Source: Halomonas sp.
Lineage (GTDB): Bacteria; Pseudomonadota; Gammaproteobacteria; Pseudomonadales; Halomonadaceae
Assembly (NCBI GenBank): GCA_007692655.1
Contig: REBQ01000240.1
Span: 10,727 to 74,726 of the forward strand
Reading direction: 5' to 3'
DNA: 64,000 nt
Shown here piece by piece: positions 50,456 to 59,457 of this stretch. Below the pieces are notes generated by a model. The model worked only from the letters and a program-made list of their open reading frames with translations. It searched no databases and had not been told where the DNA came from. The position numbers and the translations under genes are program-made. Each line of letters opens with the position of its first letter. The first letter of the stretch is position 1.

Positions 50456-51295
50456 ATGATGTCGAACCAGCATAGCGCCTTAATCCCCGCCGGTGGGGTA
50501 CAGCAAGCGCTCGCCAGCACTATTGATGCGTTGCATACCGCTCACTTTACCTCACACTTGACTCACTTGCTGCGCACACTGGTTGAGTTTGATTGCGCGG
50601 TGATAGTTGGTTACCGCTCAGGTAAACACCCAATTTATCTTTATGACTCCCTGCATCAACGGCGTGAGCTGCTTTTTCAGCGTTATTTGCTGCATGCCTA
50701 TCAGTTTGACCCGTTTTTACAGCAACTAGAGCAGCGCAAGGAAGAGAATGTGTTCCATGCCGTCGGCGCTAATGTGCGCAGCAGGGACTGGCCTAGCCAT
50801 TACCATCAGGATTTTTACCAACAAACAGGCTGGCAGGATGAGCTGTGTATGACACTGCGGCTAGTGGATGCTCGCTGGATAGTGGTGTATCTCGGTGTTA
50901 CCGGTGAACAGAAGCAAACACACTTTACCGATACCGACTGCCATGTTCTCAAGGGTTACCTCTGTGTGCTTGCGGCGCTTTGCCGACAACACTGGGGACA
51001 GGCACCTTTCCATCTCTCCACGCTGCCCGTTAATAGTGGGATTGGCGAGCAATTGCAGCAGGCGGCCGCCAGCTTTGGAAAAACGCTCTTGACGAAGCGA
51101 GAACAACAAGTCGCTGCGTTGATGGTTCAAGGGCTGGACACTCAGGAGATCGCCGAGTACTTAGCGATTGGCCATGGCACGGTAAAAAATCATCGCAAGC
51201 GAGTCTACGCGCAGTTAAGTGTTTCCTCCCTTAGCGAGCTGTTTGGCGTGTTTCTTAACCATGCTGCTGCATCAGGAGCAGTTGCTGACAAATAA
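50456..51295 (+). CDS. LuxR-family regulator with a GAF-like ligand-binding N-terminus
   Basis: C-terminal LTKREQQVAALMVQGLDTQEIAEYLAIGHGTVKNHRKRVYAQL; no receiver domain recognisable. Confidence 0.88.
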   Translation: MMSNQHSALIPAGGVQQALASTIDALHTAHFTSHLTHLLRTLVEFDCAVIVGYRSGKHPIYLYDSLHQRRELLFQRYLLHAYQFDPFLQQLEQRKEENVFHAVGANVRSRDWPSHYHQDFYQQTGWQDELCMTLRLVDARWIVVYLGVTGEQKQTHFTDTDCHVLKGYLCVLAALCRQHWGQAPFHLSTLPVNSGIGEQLQQAAASFGKTLLTKREQQVAALMVQGLDTQEIAEYLAIGHGTVKNHRKRVYAQLSVSSLSELFGVFLNHAAASGAVADK

Positions 51296-51305
51296 TCGCG
51301 TACTT

Positions 51306-51321
51306 TATCCCTTTAGGGATA
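51306..51321. promoter_or_regulatory. 7-2-7 palindrome, putative operator for tyrS
   Basis: TATCCCT-TT-AGGGATA is a perfect inverted repeat; possible -10 TAGCCT at 51345-51350. Confidence 0.55.
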
Positions 51322-51381
51322 TCGTTCTTAGTCTGGTCGGGCCTTAGCCTAGTGCCATTGTTAAATGGCTAAGGGGGCGAC

Positions 51382-52665
51382 ATGAGCGCTAAAGCACAAT
51401 GCAACGATCTGCTCCAAGATCTTCACCGAAGGGGGCTGATTGCACAGTCCACCCATGCGCAGGAACTTAGCGAACTGCTCAGTACACCGCAAACGATTTA
51501 CTGTGGTTTCGACCCTACGGCGGGTAGCCTGCATATCGGACATTTAGTCCCGCTTCTAATGCTTAAGCGCTTTCAGGATGCAGGCCATCAAGGCGTCGCT
51601 CTGGTGGGGGGAGCCACCGGTATGATTGGTGACCCCAGTTTTAAAGCGACAGAACGAACACTCAATTCGTCAGAAACGGTTAAGGCTTGGGTGAAAGACC
51701 TGAACGAACAGATTTACTGGCTGATGGCTCCGCATTTAGAGGCGCCAATTCGCGTCATAAACAATGCAGAGTGGATAGGCGAGATCAATGTGATTGATTT
51801 CTTCCGCGACGTTGGCAAGTACTTCTCCATAAATACCTTGATTAACCGAGAGTCGGTAAAGCAGCGATTAGAGCGTCCCGACCAGGGAATGTCGTTCACC
51901 GAATTTAGCTACGCGCTGCTGCAGTCCTATGATTTTGCCCACTTAAACCGTTCACTAGGGTGTCGTTTACAGATTGGTGGTAACGATCAGTGGGGCAATA
52001 TTGTCAGCGGTATCGATCTTACCCGTCGCCTCAACGGTGAGCAGGTCATGGGCATGACACTGCCGCTGATTACCAAGTCAGATGGCACCAAGTTTGGTAA
52101 AACGGAAAGTGGTACCGTATGGCTCGATCCAGAGCAAACATCGCCCTATAACTTCTACCAGTTTTGGCTAAACACTGACGACAGCGATGTGTACCGTTTT
52201 TTGCGCTACTACACGTTTATTAGCTGTGACGACATTGATGCTATTGAATCAAGCGATGCAAGCTCAAGCGGTAAGCCTCAAGCCCAGCGTATCCTTGCTG
52301 ATTCGGTGACTCGGTTTGTACATGGGGAGGAGGGACTGAACGCGGCGCAGCGTATTTCCCAGGCGCTATTTAGTGGAGATGTTGCTGCGCTAACACTTTG
52401 TGAACTCGAGCAACTTGCTTTAGATGGATTGCGCTGTGTTGAGATAGCGCCAGATGAAACGCTGGATAGCGCACTTGTATCAGGCGGTTTAGCCGGCTCT
52501 AAACGCCAAGCTCGCGAGTTGATAGTAAAGGGGGCCGTGCGATTGAATGGGGAGTGCGCCTCCTTCTTCAGCCAGCTAGGGGATAGTTTTGCGTTATTTG
52601 ATACCTACTGGGTCGTACAAAAAGGCAAAAAGCACTTTTGTTTGTTTAAGCGTCCGTCTCAGTAA
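51382..52665 (+). CDS. tyrS: Tyrosine--tRNA ligase (E. coli TyrS type)
   Basis: [47 protein letters not shown] and a C-terminal S4 domain. Confidence 0.95.
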   Translation: MSAKAQCNDLLQDLHRRGLIAQSTHAQELSELLSTPQTIYCGFDPTAGSLHIGHLVPLLMLKRFQDAGHQGVALVGGATGMIGDPSFKATERTLNSSETVKAWVKDLNEQIYWLMAPHLEAPIRVINNAEWIGEINVIDFFRDVGKYFSINTLINRESVKQRLERPDQGMSFTEFSYALLQSYDFAHLNRSLGCRLQIGGNDQWGNIVSGIDLTRRLNGEQVMGMTLPLITKSDGTKFGKTESGTVWLDPEQTSPYNFYQFWLNTDDSDVYRFLRYYTFISCDDIDAIESSDASSSGKPQAQRILADSVTRFVHGEEGLNAAQRISQALFSGDVAALTLCELEQLALDGLRCVEIAPDETLDSALVSGGLAGSKRQARELIVKGAVRLNGECASFFSQLGDSFALFDTYWVVQKGKKHFCLFKRPSQ

Positions 52666-52688
52666 TTTTCAAACAAGTGGCTCGAGAA

Positions 52689-53771
52689 TTAAAATAGATC
52701 TCCCTGTGCCCGCGGTGGTCTAAAATCTCGCGTATTTAAGCCCTGCTCGGTGCGTTCCTGCATGTTCCATTGGCGGCTGGCGCGGGTAAAACGTTGAGCG
52801 ATCAAATCTGCAAAGACGCCTTCACCGCGAAAGCGCTTACCAAATTTGGCGTCGTATGCCTTGCCGCCCCGGCACTGACGCATGAGACTCATCACTTTGG
52901 CAGCCCGCTCGGGGTAATGTGCTTCTAGCCACGCCTCAAATAGCGGTGCGACTTCATGGGGCAAGCGCAGCAACATCCAGGTCGCCGTGCGTGCCCCCGC
53001 GCGGCTAGCGGCTTCTAAAAGTTTTTCGATTTCATGATCCGTTAAACCAGGAATAACCGGCGAAATAAGCGTGCCCACGGGAATGCCTGCTGTATTAAGT
53101 TCGCGAATCGCCCTTAAGCGTGCTTGGGGTGATGCCGCCCGTGGTTCCAGGGAGCGTTTTAAATTGGCATCCAGGCTGGTCAGGCTGACGAATACCCGCA
53201 CTAGGCGGTGCTCAGCCATTTCCGATAATAGCTCTAAATCCCGCAGCACTAGGGTGCTCTTAGTCACCAGCGTTACCGGGTGACGACATTCCAATAACAG
53301 TTCCAATAAGCGCCGGGTGGTTTTATAGGTTGCCTCGATAGGCTGGTAACAGTCGGTGTTGCCGGACAGGTTGATCGGTCTGCATACATAGTTAGGGTGA
53401 CATAGCTCTTCAGTGAGGTGCTCCACCAAACCGCTACGAGCGATCAGCTTGGTTTCAAAATCCAGTCCCGGCGACATATCCCAATAGGCGTGAGAGGGGC
53501 GGGCATAACAGTAAACACAGCCGTGCTCACAACCGCGATATGGGTTCAGCGAGCGATCAAAAGGTAAATCCGGTGATTTGTTCCAAGAAAGCGCGCTTTT
53601 GCTTACCTCCTCACGCACTTGGGTGGCGATGGTTGAGGAGGTTTCTTCCTGCCACCAACCGTCACCTTCTACCACGCTGTGGGTAGGTGCAAAACGATTA
53701 TGCGGGTCATAGGTCGCCCCCCGGCCTTTATGCACGGTGGAAACACTTGGTGCCTGGTCGGGAGTCAGCAT
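52689..53771 (-). CDS. PA0069-family (SplB-like) radical SAM protein
   Basis: NPYRGCEHGCVYCYARPSH, SGNTDCYQP, LRLPHEV. Confidence 0.9.
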   Translation of the reverse strand: MLTPDQAPSVSTVHKGRGATYDPHNRFAPTHSVVEGDGWWQEETSSTIATQVREEVSKSALSWNKSPDLPFDRSLNPYRGCEHGCVYCYARPSHAYWDMSPGLDFETKLIARSGLVEHLTEELCHPNYVCRPINLSGNTDCYQPIEATYKTTRRLLELLLECRHPVTLVTKSTLVLRDLELLSEMAEHRLVRVFVSLTSLDANLKRSLEPRAASPQARLRAIRELNTAGIPVGTLISPVIPGLTDHEIEKLLEAASRAGARTATWMLLRLPHEVAPLFEAWLEAHYPERAAKVMSLMRQCRGGKAYDAKFGKRFRGEGVFADLIAQRFTRASRQWNMQERTEQGLNTRDFRPPRAQGDLF

Positions 53772-53797
53772 TCGTCACCCCTGTAAGTTATCGATGC

Positions 53798-53813
53798 ATG
53801 TTTATAAATACAG
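53798..53813. promoter_or_regulatory. LexA (SOS) box
   Basis: ATGT-TTATAAAT-ACAG has one mismatch to CTGT-N8-ACAG and is flanked by TA on the right. Confidence 0.65.
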
Positions 53814-53944
53814 TATATTGGGTTTGGGCTAAGGCGCAAGGGAAGAAACAGCAGCTACAATGAATTTTTAATGAGCAAACGAGAGCCCTGTCTCATACTG
53901 TAAAAACGGAACCGGACACATAAATGGACGAGGTCATCTGACTC

Positions 53945-54487
53945 ATGGGTTTGCAACCGCATTTTGCCTTAATGGCATCCTACAACCAGTGGATGAATGA
54001 CACGCTTTACGATGCCGCCAGCAAGCTGAGTGCGGCTGAACTTGCTAAAGATCGCGGTGCTTTCTTTGGCTCTATTCTGGGCACACTGAACCATATTGTC
54101 GTCGGTGATACTCTGTGGCTTAAGCGATTTGCAACCCATCCAACGTCCACCGCAACGCTGGCAGTCATGGTGGCCCTGCCTACGCCTGGGCGGCTTGATC
54201 AAGTCATGTTCGATGACTTAGAGGGCCTCAAAGCGCATCGCCAATGGTTGGACAGCGTGATTATTCATTGGATTGCAGCGCTGACAGAGGATGATCTAGA
54301 GTCAGTGTTGAGTTACCACGATACGCAGGGGGTTGCGTCCATCCGGCGTTTCTCGAGTCTTATCTACCACTTATTCAATCATCAAACCCATCACCGGGGA
54401 CAGGTAACTACCCTGCTCACGCAAGCCGGTGTAGACATCGGTGTCACCGACCTATTGGCGCTGATTCCGGATGAGGCTCAACCGTGA
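53945..54487 (+). CDS. DinB/YfiT-family metal-dependent protein
   Basis: YNQWMN...FFGSILGTLNHIVVGD.LWL...HLFNHQTHHRGQVTTLL. Confidence 0.9.
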   Translation: MGLQPHFALMASYNQWMNDTLYDAASKLSAAELAKDRGAFFGSILGTLNHIVVGDTLWLKRFATHPTSTATLAVMVALPTPGRLDQVMFDDLEGLKAHRQWLDSVIIHWIAALTEDDLESVLSYHDTQGVASIRRFSSLIYHLFNHQTHHRGQVTTLLTQAGVDIGVTDLLALIPDEAQP

Positions 54488-54537
54488 TACTTCATCAAAT
54501 GGCTTCGATGCCATTATCAACGCGTTAAGGACAGCTA

Positions 54538-54993
54538 ATGAGACCCTTCTCAATTCTACTGATACGCGTATTAGCGATTTACCTTGTTCTCAATCCGTTG
54601 TTAGCCGTGCTGCCGATTATATTCACTCCTGGTTCGGCTGAGCTGATAGATGAATGGCTGCCTTTTATGATGGCAAGCGTACTAATCCCTTTGGGAGCAG
54701 GTCTTTTGCTTTGGTTGTTTGCTGGGGCATTGGCGAAAAAAATCCATGGCAATACTGACCCTGAGTCAGGTTTAACGCTAAGCGAGGCAGGCTTGGTGCG
54801 AGCGGGGAGCTTCCTAATCGGTATATATCTATTTATTCAGCACCTAGGCATTGTGATAAGCCAATATGCGTCAGTAGGGCTTATCGCCTACGGCTCGTTG
54901 ATAGTCATTGCACTGAGTGTATGTTTGATAGCGGGAGCCAATATGATGGGTAAGCTCTACAAAAAAATTAAGTATGCTGGCGGCGGGTCATAA
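54538..54993 (+). CDS. Hypothetical membrane protein
   Basis: 151 aa with four hydrophobic segments. Confidence 0.65.
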   Translation: MRPFSILLIRVLAIYLVLNPLLAVLPIIFTPGSAELIDEWLPFMMASVLIPLGAGLLLWLFAGALAKKIHGNTDPESGLTLSEAGLVRAGSFLIGIYLFIQHLGIVISQYASVGLIAYGSLIVIALSVCLIAGANMMGKLYKKIKYAGGGS

Positions 54994-55028
54994 CTGCTGC
55001 TGGGTAGCCACCTGAGGAGTGCTGTCTT

Positions 55029-55655
55029 ATGTCGATAGAAGTTTGGCTTGCCTTTGCTGCAGCATCAACAGCCCTGCTTATTATTCCTGGCCCAACGATT
55101 TTAACGGTCATCAGCTACTCCATTGCACAAGGGCGGCGGGCGAACATACCGCTGGTCGCTGCAGTGACGTTGGGTGACTCAACGGCTCTGGCATTTTCGC
55201 TGCTTGGTCTGGGGGCTGTTTTAGCAACGTCGGCATTTTGGTTTACGGTTATTAAGTGGATAGGCGGGCTGTACTTGCTTTATATGGGCATCAAACTTCT
55301 GCGGGCGGGGTTTGCTTCCACTAAGGGTGTCGCTCCTGTTGTATCGGGCTCCCGGTGGAAACTGTTTGCCAATACGTATCTGGTCACGGCACTTAACCCA
55401 AAAGGGATGGTATTTTTCATTGCCTTCTTGCCTCAATTTATTAACCCAAATGCAGATGCAGGAACACAGCTGTGGATTCTGGCGGCCACCTTTGTAGGCT
55501 TGGCGACGCTAAATGCCACTCTGTACGCGGTATTTGCCTCATCTGCGCGTAAATTGCTTACCTCACCACGCGCTCAGCGCCGGTTTAATGTCGTAGGTGG
55601 GTCGCTACTTTCATCGGCAGGTGTGTGGGCACTATTGGCTAAGCGTCCCGTTTGA
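55029..55655 (+). CDS. LysE/RhtB family exporter
   Basis: IIPGPT, GGLYLLYMG, LNPKGMVFFIAFLPQF. Confidence 0.9.
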   Translation: MSIEVWLAFAAASTALLIIPGPTILTVISYSIAQGRRANIPLVAAVTLGDSTALAFSLLGLGAVLATSAFWFTVIKWIGGLYLLYMGIKLLRAGFASTKGVAPVVSGSRWKLFANTYLVTALNPKGMVFFIAFLPQFINPNADAGTQLWILAATFVGLATLNATLYAVFASSARKLLTSPRAQRRFNVVGGSLLSSAGVWALLAKRPV

Positions 55656-55794
55656 AAGCATAGGTATGGGCAGCAAGCTTATGCTTGAACTTATTTTAGC
55701 TACTAAATACCTTAATAGGCGCTGCTTAAGTCCGAGTATTATTAAACACGTTAAGCTTGATCTGTTTTTTGGCTAAGGCATATAAACAAACCCA

Positions 55795-55825
55795 AAGCGC
55801 CTTGGCCTGAAAAGCCAAGGCGCTT
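55795..55825 (-). terminator. pgi terminator (12-bp stem)
   Basis: AAGCGCCTTGGC-CTGAAAA-GCCAAGGCGCTT. Confidence 0.75.
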
Positions 55826-55856
55826 CTCTAGCTCTATCGGCTTACCACTCTCTCCA

Positions 55857-57527
55857 TCAACGCTTCTTATTAGCAGGTTTTTTATCGGTACTCGTTGTTG
55901 AGGTGCTCTCTTTTTCACCATGAGCACCGCTGGTAAAGTGCCCTCGCACTAGCTCCAATAAGCCTTGGGTAGAAGCGTCGAAGTCAGCGGCGTGGGCGTC
56001 AATGCGTTCACTGATTTCACCGGCGATGCGTTTGCCTAGCTGCACGCCCCACTGATCAAACGAATTGATGTTCCAGATCACACCTTGCACAAACACCTTG
56101 TGCTCGTAGAGCGCAATTAGCGCGCCCAGGTTTTTCGGTGTTAACTCATCCAGCAGCAGCGTGCTGGAAGGACGGTTGCCGGGGCAGCTGTAAGGGTCGA
56201 GCTGGCTGTGTTCTTTGCTGTTGCCCTGGCTCCCCTCCATAAAGGCGTTGGCCTGAGCGAGCATATTAGTGAGCAGGGCAAAGTGGTGATCCTCCATGCC
56301 TGGCTCAGGCTTTAACGAGGCAATGAAATCAATCGGCACGTAGCGGGTGCCCTGGTGCAGCAGTTGAAAGAAAGCATGTTGACCGTTGGAGCCGGTTTGT
56401 CCCCACACAATCGGGCCGGTCTTGTAGTTCACCGGGTGGCCGAAAATATCCACCGATTTGCCGTTGGACTCCATGTCCAACTGTTGTAAAAACGAGGGCA
56501 GTTGGTTGAGGGCCTGGTCGTAGGGCACGATGGCCTGGGTTTCAGCACCAATAAAGTTGATGTACCAAATACCGATTAGCGCCATCAATACCGGCATGTT
56601 TTGTGAGAAGGGCGCATGGATGAAATGATTATCCATCTCGTGGGCGCCTTCCAGCAGCTCGATAAAACCCTCAAAACCGATGGAAAGTGCAATCGGCAGC
56701 CCAATAGATGACCACATAGAGTAGCGCCCACCAACCCAGGCCCAGAACTCGAAGACATTCTCTTCGCGGATGCCGAAATCCATGGCCGCCTTGCGGTTGG
56801 TGGAGGCAGCGATAAAGTGCGCACCCACATCGGCATCTTCCCCGGCGTTTTCAAGAAACCAGCGCCGTGCGGTTTTAGCGTTGAGTAACGTCTCCTGGGT
56901 AGAGAAGGTCTTAGTGGAGACAATAAACAGCGTGGTCGCAGGGTCGAGGCGCGAAAGCACTTTCTGAATATGAGTGCCATCCACATTGGAAACAAAATGG
57001 AAGTGCAGCTCCGGGTGGCGGTATTTGAGCAACGCACGCACCGCCATATTGGGACCAAGATCCGACCCGCCAATACCGATATTGACCACGTCTTTAATAC
57101 GTTTACCGCTATAGCCTTGCCACTCGCCGCTGCGGACTGCCTCCGAGAATAGCTTGATTTGCTCACGGGTGCGGGTGATCTCGGGCATCACGTCTTCACC
57201 ATCTACATACACGGGCTCGTCGCCCAAGTGGCGAAGCGCCGTGTGTAGTACCGGACGGTTTTCGGTGACGTTGATAATATCCCCGGAGAACATTTGGGCG
57301 CGCCGCTGCACCAGGGCAGAGTGGTCGGCCAGCTCAATCAGCTTGGCAAGCACCTCATCGGAGACCTGGTGCTTGGAGTAGTCGAGAAACAGGCCGCCTA
57401 CGCGGAGGCTCATTTTTTCAAAACGCTGCGGGTCGCTGTTGAAATAGTCACCGATACGGTCGTTAGCGGTTTTGTCACGAAGGCGATCAAGCGCCTGCCA
57501 GGTAACACTTCGAGTGAGCTGAAACAT
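55857..57527 (-). CDS. pgi: Glucose-6-phosphate isomerase
   Basis: GIGGSDLGP, STKTFSTQET, WVGGRYSMWS, DQWGVQLGK; start MFQLTRS. Confidence 0.95.
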   Translation of the reverse strand: MFQLTRSVTWQALDRLRDKTANDRIGDYFNSDPQRFEKMSLRVGGLFLDYSKHQVSDEVLAKLIELADHSALVQRRAQMFSGDIINVTENRPVLHTALRHLGDEPVYVDGEDVMPEITRTREQIKLFSEAVRSGEWQGYSGKRIKDVVNIGIGGSDLGPNMAVRALLKYRHPELHFHFVSNVDGTHIQKVLSRLDPATTLFIVSTKTFSTQETLLNAKTARRWFLENAGEDADVGAHFIAASTNRKAAMDFGIREENVFEFWAWVGGRYSMWSSIGLPIALSIGFEGFIELLEGAHEMDNHFIHAPFSQNMPVLMALIGIWYINFIGAETQAIVPYDQALNQLPSFLQQLDMESNGKSVDIFGHPVNYKTGPIVWGQTGSNGQHAFFQLLHQGTRYVPIDFIASLKPEPGMEDHHFALLTNMLAQANAFMEGSQGNSKEHSQLDPYSCPGNRPSSTLLLDELTPKNLGALIALYEHKVFVQGVIWNINSFDQWGVQLGKRIAGEISERIDAHAADFDASTQGLLELVRGHFTSGAHGEKESTSTTSTDKKPANKKR

Positions 57528-57584
57528 AGGGCGATCCGTTTTGTTGTAAGAGATAACAGTAAAAGCGCGCTGGCTAACATTGGT

Positions 57585-57607
57585 TATATGTAAAAATACT
57601 ACATATA
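57585..57607. promoter_or_regulatory. Palindromic operator upstream of pgi, HexR-like
   Basis: TATATGTA-AAAATAC-TACATATA is a perfect 8-bp inverted repeat; core TGTA-N7-TACA resembles gammaproteobacterial HexR sites. Confidence 0.6.
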
Positions 57608-57670
57608 AAGGGTCGAAAAGTAGAGTGGATACGCTTTTTAGAGGGATAACTGCGTAAAGCAACGTGTTTT

Positions 57671-57700
57671 AGTTGGGCAGGTAGTGAAACCTGCCCAACT
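57671..57700. other. Perfect 12-bp hairpin between fruA and pgi
   Basis: AGTTGGGCAGGT-AGTGAA-ACCTGCCCAACT with no U-tract downstream on the minus strand. Confidence 0.7.
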
Positions 57701-57720
57701 CCGCTGTTTAATTTACTCAG

Positions 57721-59457
57721 TTAGCTAGCCACGGCAACCTGAGCAGCGCCGCGCTTAATAAACGCATAGCCTAACCCTGTGACAAGTGAGCCCGCCACAA
57801 TGGCGCCAAGGTAAAGCAGTACTGGCGTGATGGCGTTAGGAATGAGCAGTACAAAGATACCGCCATGGGGCGCCATTAGCTGCGCACCAACCAGCATAGA
57901 GAGGGCACCGGTTAGTGCACCGCCCGCGATACAGGCCGGAATTACCCGCAGCGGATCCTTTGCGGCAAAGGGAATCGCCCCCTCACTGATAAAGCATAGG
58001 CCCAACACAAATGAGGCTTTACCCGCTTCTCGCTCTGGTTGAGAGAATTTATGGCGCGCCACAAAGCTCGCAATACCCATGCCGATGGCGGGCACCATGC
58101 CAGCGGCCATAATAGCGGCCATGGGGGCGTAGGTTTGTGAGGCCAGTAAGCCAACGCCAAAGGTATAGGCGGCCTTATTGACCGGTCCACCCAGATCAAA
58201 GCACATCATCGCGCCAAGCAAGATGCCTAACAGCACGGCATTGGTGGAGTCCATGGCGGCCAGGAAGCTGGTGAGTCCTGCCATGATGGCGGCGACAGGT
58301 TCACCAATCACGTAGATCATGGTTAGGCCAGTGACCAAACTAGCGATAAACGGAATGATCAATATTGGCTTGAGCGACTCAACGCTTGAAGGCAGCTTAA
58401 CGTAGCGAGTTACCGCCAGGGCTACATAGCCCGCTAAAAAGCCTGCCAGAATCCCGCCGATGAAGCCTGCTTCAATATTAGCCGCAAGCATACCGCCAAT
58501 CATACCTGGAGCAATACCGGGGCGGTCGGCAATGGAGTAAGCGATATAGCCGGCGAGCACGGGAATCATCAGTGCAAAAGCGGTGCCTCCACCAATTTGC
58601 ATCAACGCGGCAGCCAGGGTGCCTTCCTGTTCAAAGGCATCAATGCCAAACATAAACGACAGTGCAATCAGCAAGCCGCCTGCTACCACCATCGGTAGCA
58701 TAAAGGAAACACCGGTGAGCAGATGCTTATACACCCCTTTCTCTTTAATGCTTTTATTGTCGCTTGAAGCGTTGGCTGAGCCGCTGTTTTCAAACGAGGC
58801 ACTCTCAAGTGCGGCCTCAATCGTAGGCCGGGGCTTTTTCAGCGCGTTTCCGGTGGAGGTGCGGTAGATGCGTTTGCCAGCAAAGCGCGAAGGATCGACT
58901 TCGATATCACAGGCTAGTAACACAATATCGGCCTGACTAATTTCCTCTTCCGTTAGCCTGTTTTGTGCCCCCACAGAGCCTTGGGTCTCCACGCGAATGG
59001 CGTGTCCCATGGCTTTACCCGCCTCGGCCAGCGCTTCGGCGGCCATAAAGGTATGGGCAACGCCGGTGGGGCAGGCGGTGACCGCAACAATCTTCTTGCC
59101 ACCCGCTATGCTGGGCGCTACGGGAGTTGTTGAGGCTGTTGGTGCGCTATAGAGAGGGGCTTCGCGTTTAGCCTGAGCAAGAAAGGTGCTTGGGTCTGGA
59201 AGAGCGCTGGCAATGGGGGCCTGGAACAATCGCTTGCCTTCGAAGCGCTCCGGAGCAGGCACGTGATCAGCGGCGACCACTATCAAATCGGCGTTAGCGA
59301 TTTGCTCTGCGGTGGCTGCTTGCAGGGGGGCTACTTCGCTGTGCATTTCCACATGCACCGTCCAGCCTTGGCGCTGGGCTGCTTGCTCCAGCCGTTTGGC
59401 CGCCAGGAAGGTGGTCGCCATGCCGCTTGGGCAGGCGGTAACCAAAATAGTGTTCAT
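57721..59457 (-). CDS. fruA: PTS fructose EIIB'BC
   Basis: Two EIIB domains (ACPSGMATT, ACPTGVAHT) plus EIIC (HLLTGVSFMLP, DLGGPVNKAAY, ISEGAIPFAA). Confidence 0.95.
   Translation of the reverse strand: MNTILVTACPSGMATTFLAAKRLEQAAQRQGWTVHVEMHSEVAPLQAATAEQIANADLIVVAADHVPAPERFEGKRLFQAPIASALPDPSTFLAQAKREAPLYSAPTASTTPVAPSIAGGKKIVAVTACPTGVAHTFMAAEALAEAGKAMGHAIRVETQGSVGAQNRLTEEEISQADIVLLACDIEVDPSRFAGKRIYRTSTGNALKKPRPTIEAALESASFENSGSANASSDNKSIKEKGVYKHLLTGVSFMLPMVVAGGLLIALSFMFGIDAFEQEGTLAAALMQIGGGTAFALMIPVLAGYIAYSIADRPGIAPGMIGGMLAANIEAGFIGGILAGFLAGYVALAVTRYVKLPSSVESLKPILIIPFIASLVTGLTMIYVIGEPVAAIMAGLTSFLAAMDSTNAVLLGILLGAMMCFDLGGPVNKAAYTFGVGLLASQTYAPMAAIMAAGMVPAIGMGIASFVARHKFSQPEREAGKASFVLGLCFISEGAIPFAAKDPLRVIPACIAGGALTGALSMLVGAQLMAPHGGIFVLLIPNAITPVLLYLGAIVAGSLVTGLGYAFIKRGAAQVAVAS

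Noticed and set aside
50061-55655. Genomic island or mobile element around tyrS
   Set aside because: I found no integrase, transposase, tRNA or flanking direct repeats, and no clear compositional break by eye.
55687-55825. Possible third sigmaE sRNA (GAACTT-N17-CCTTA) between lysE and pgi
   Set aside because: The -10 element is poor, the shared seed is absent, and the downstream hairpin has its U-rich tail on the minus strand, fitting pgi termination.
57528-57662. 45-aa N-terminal extension of Pgi in the ORF track
   Set aside because: It spans the promoter and operator region; homology begins at MFQL (57527).
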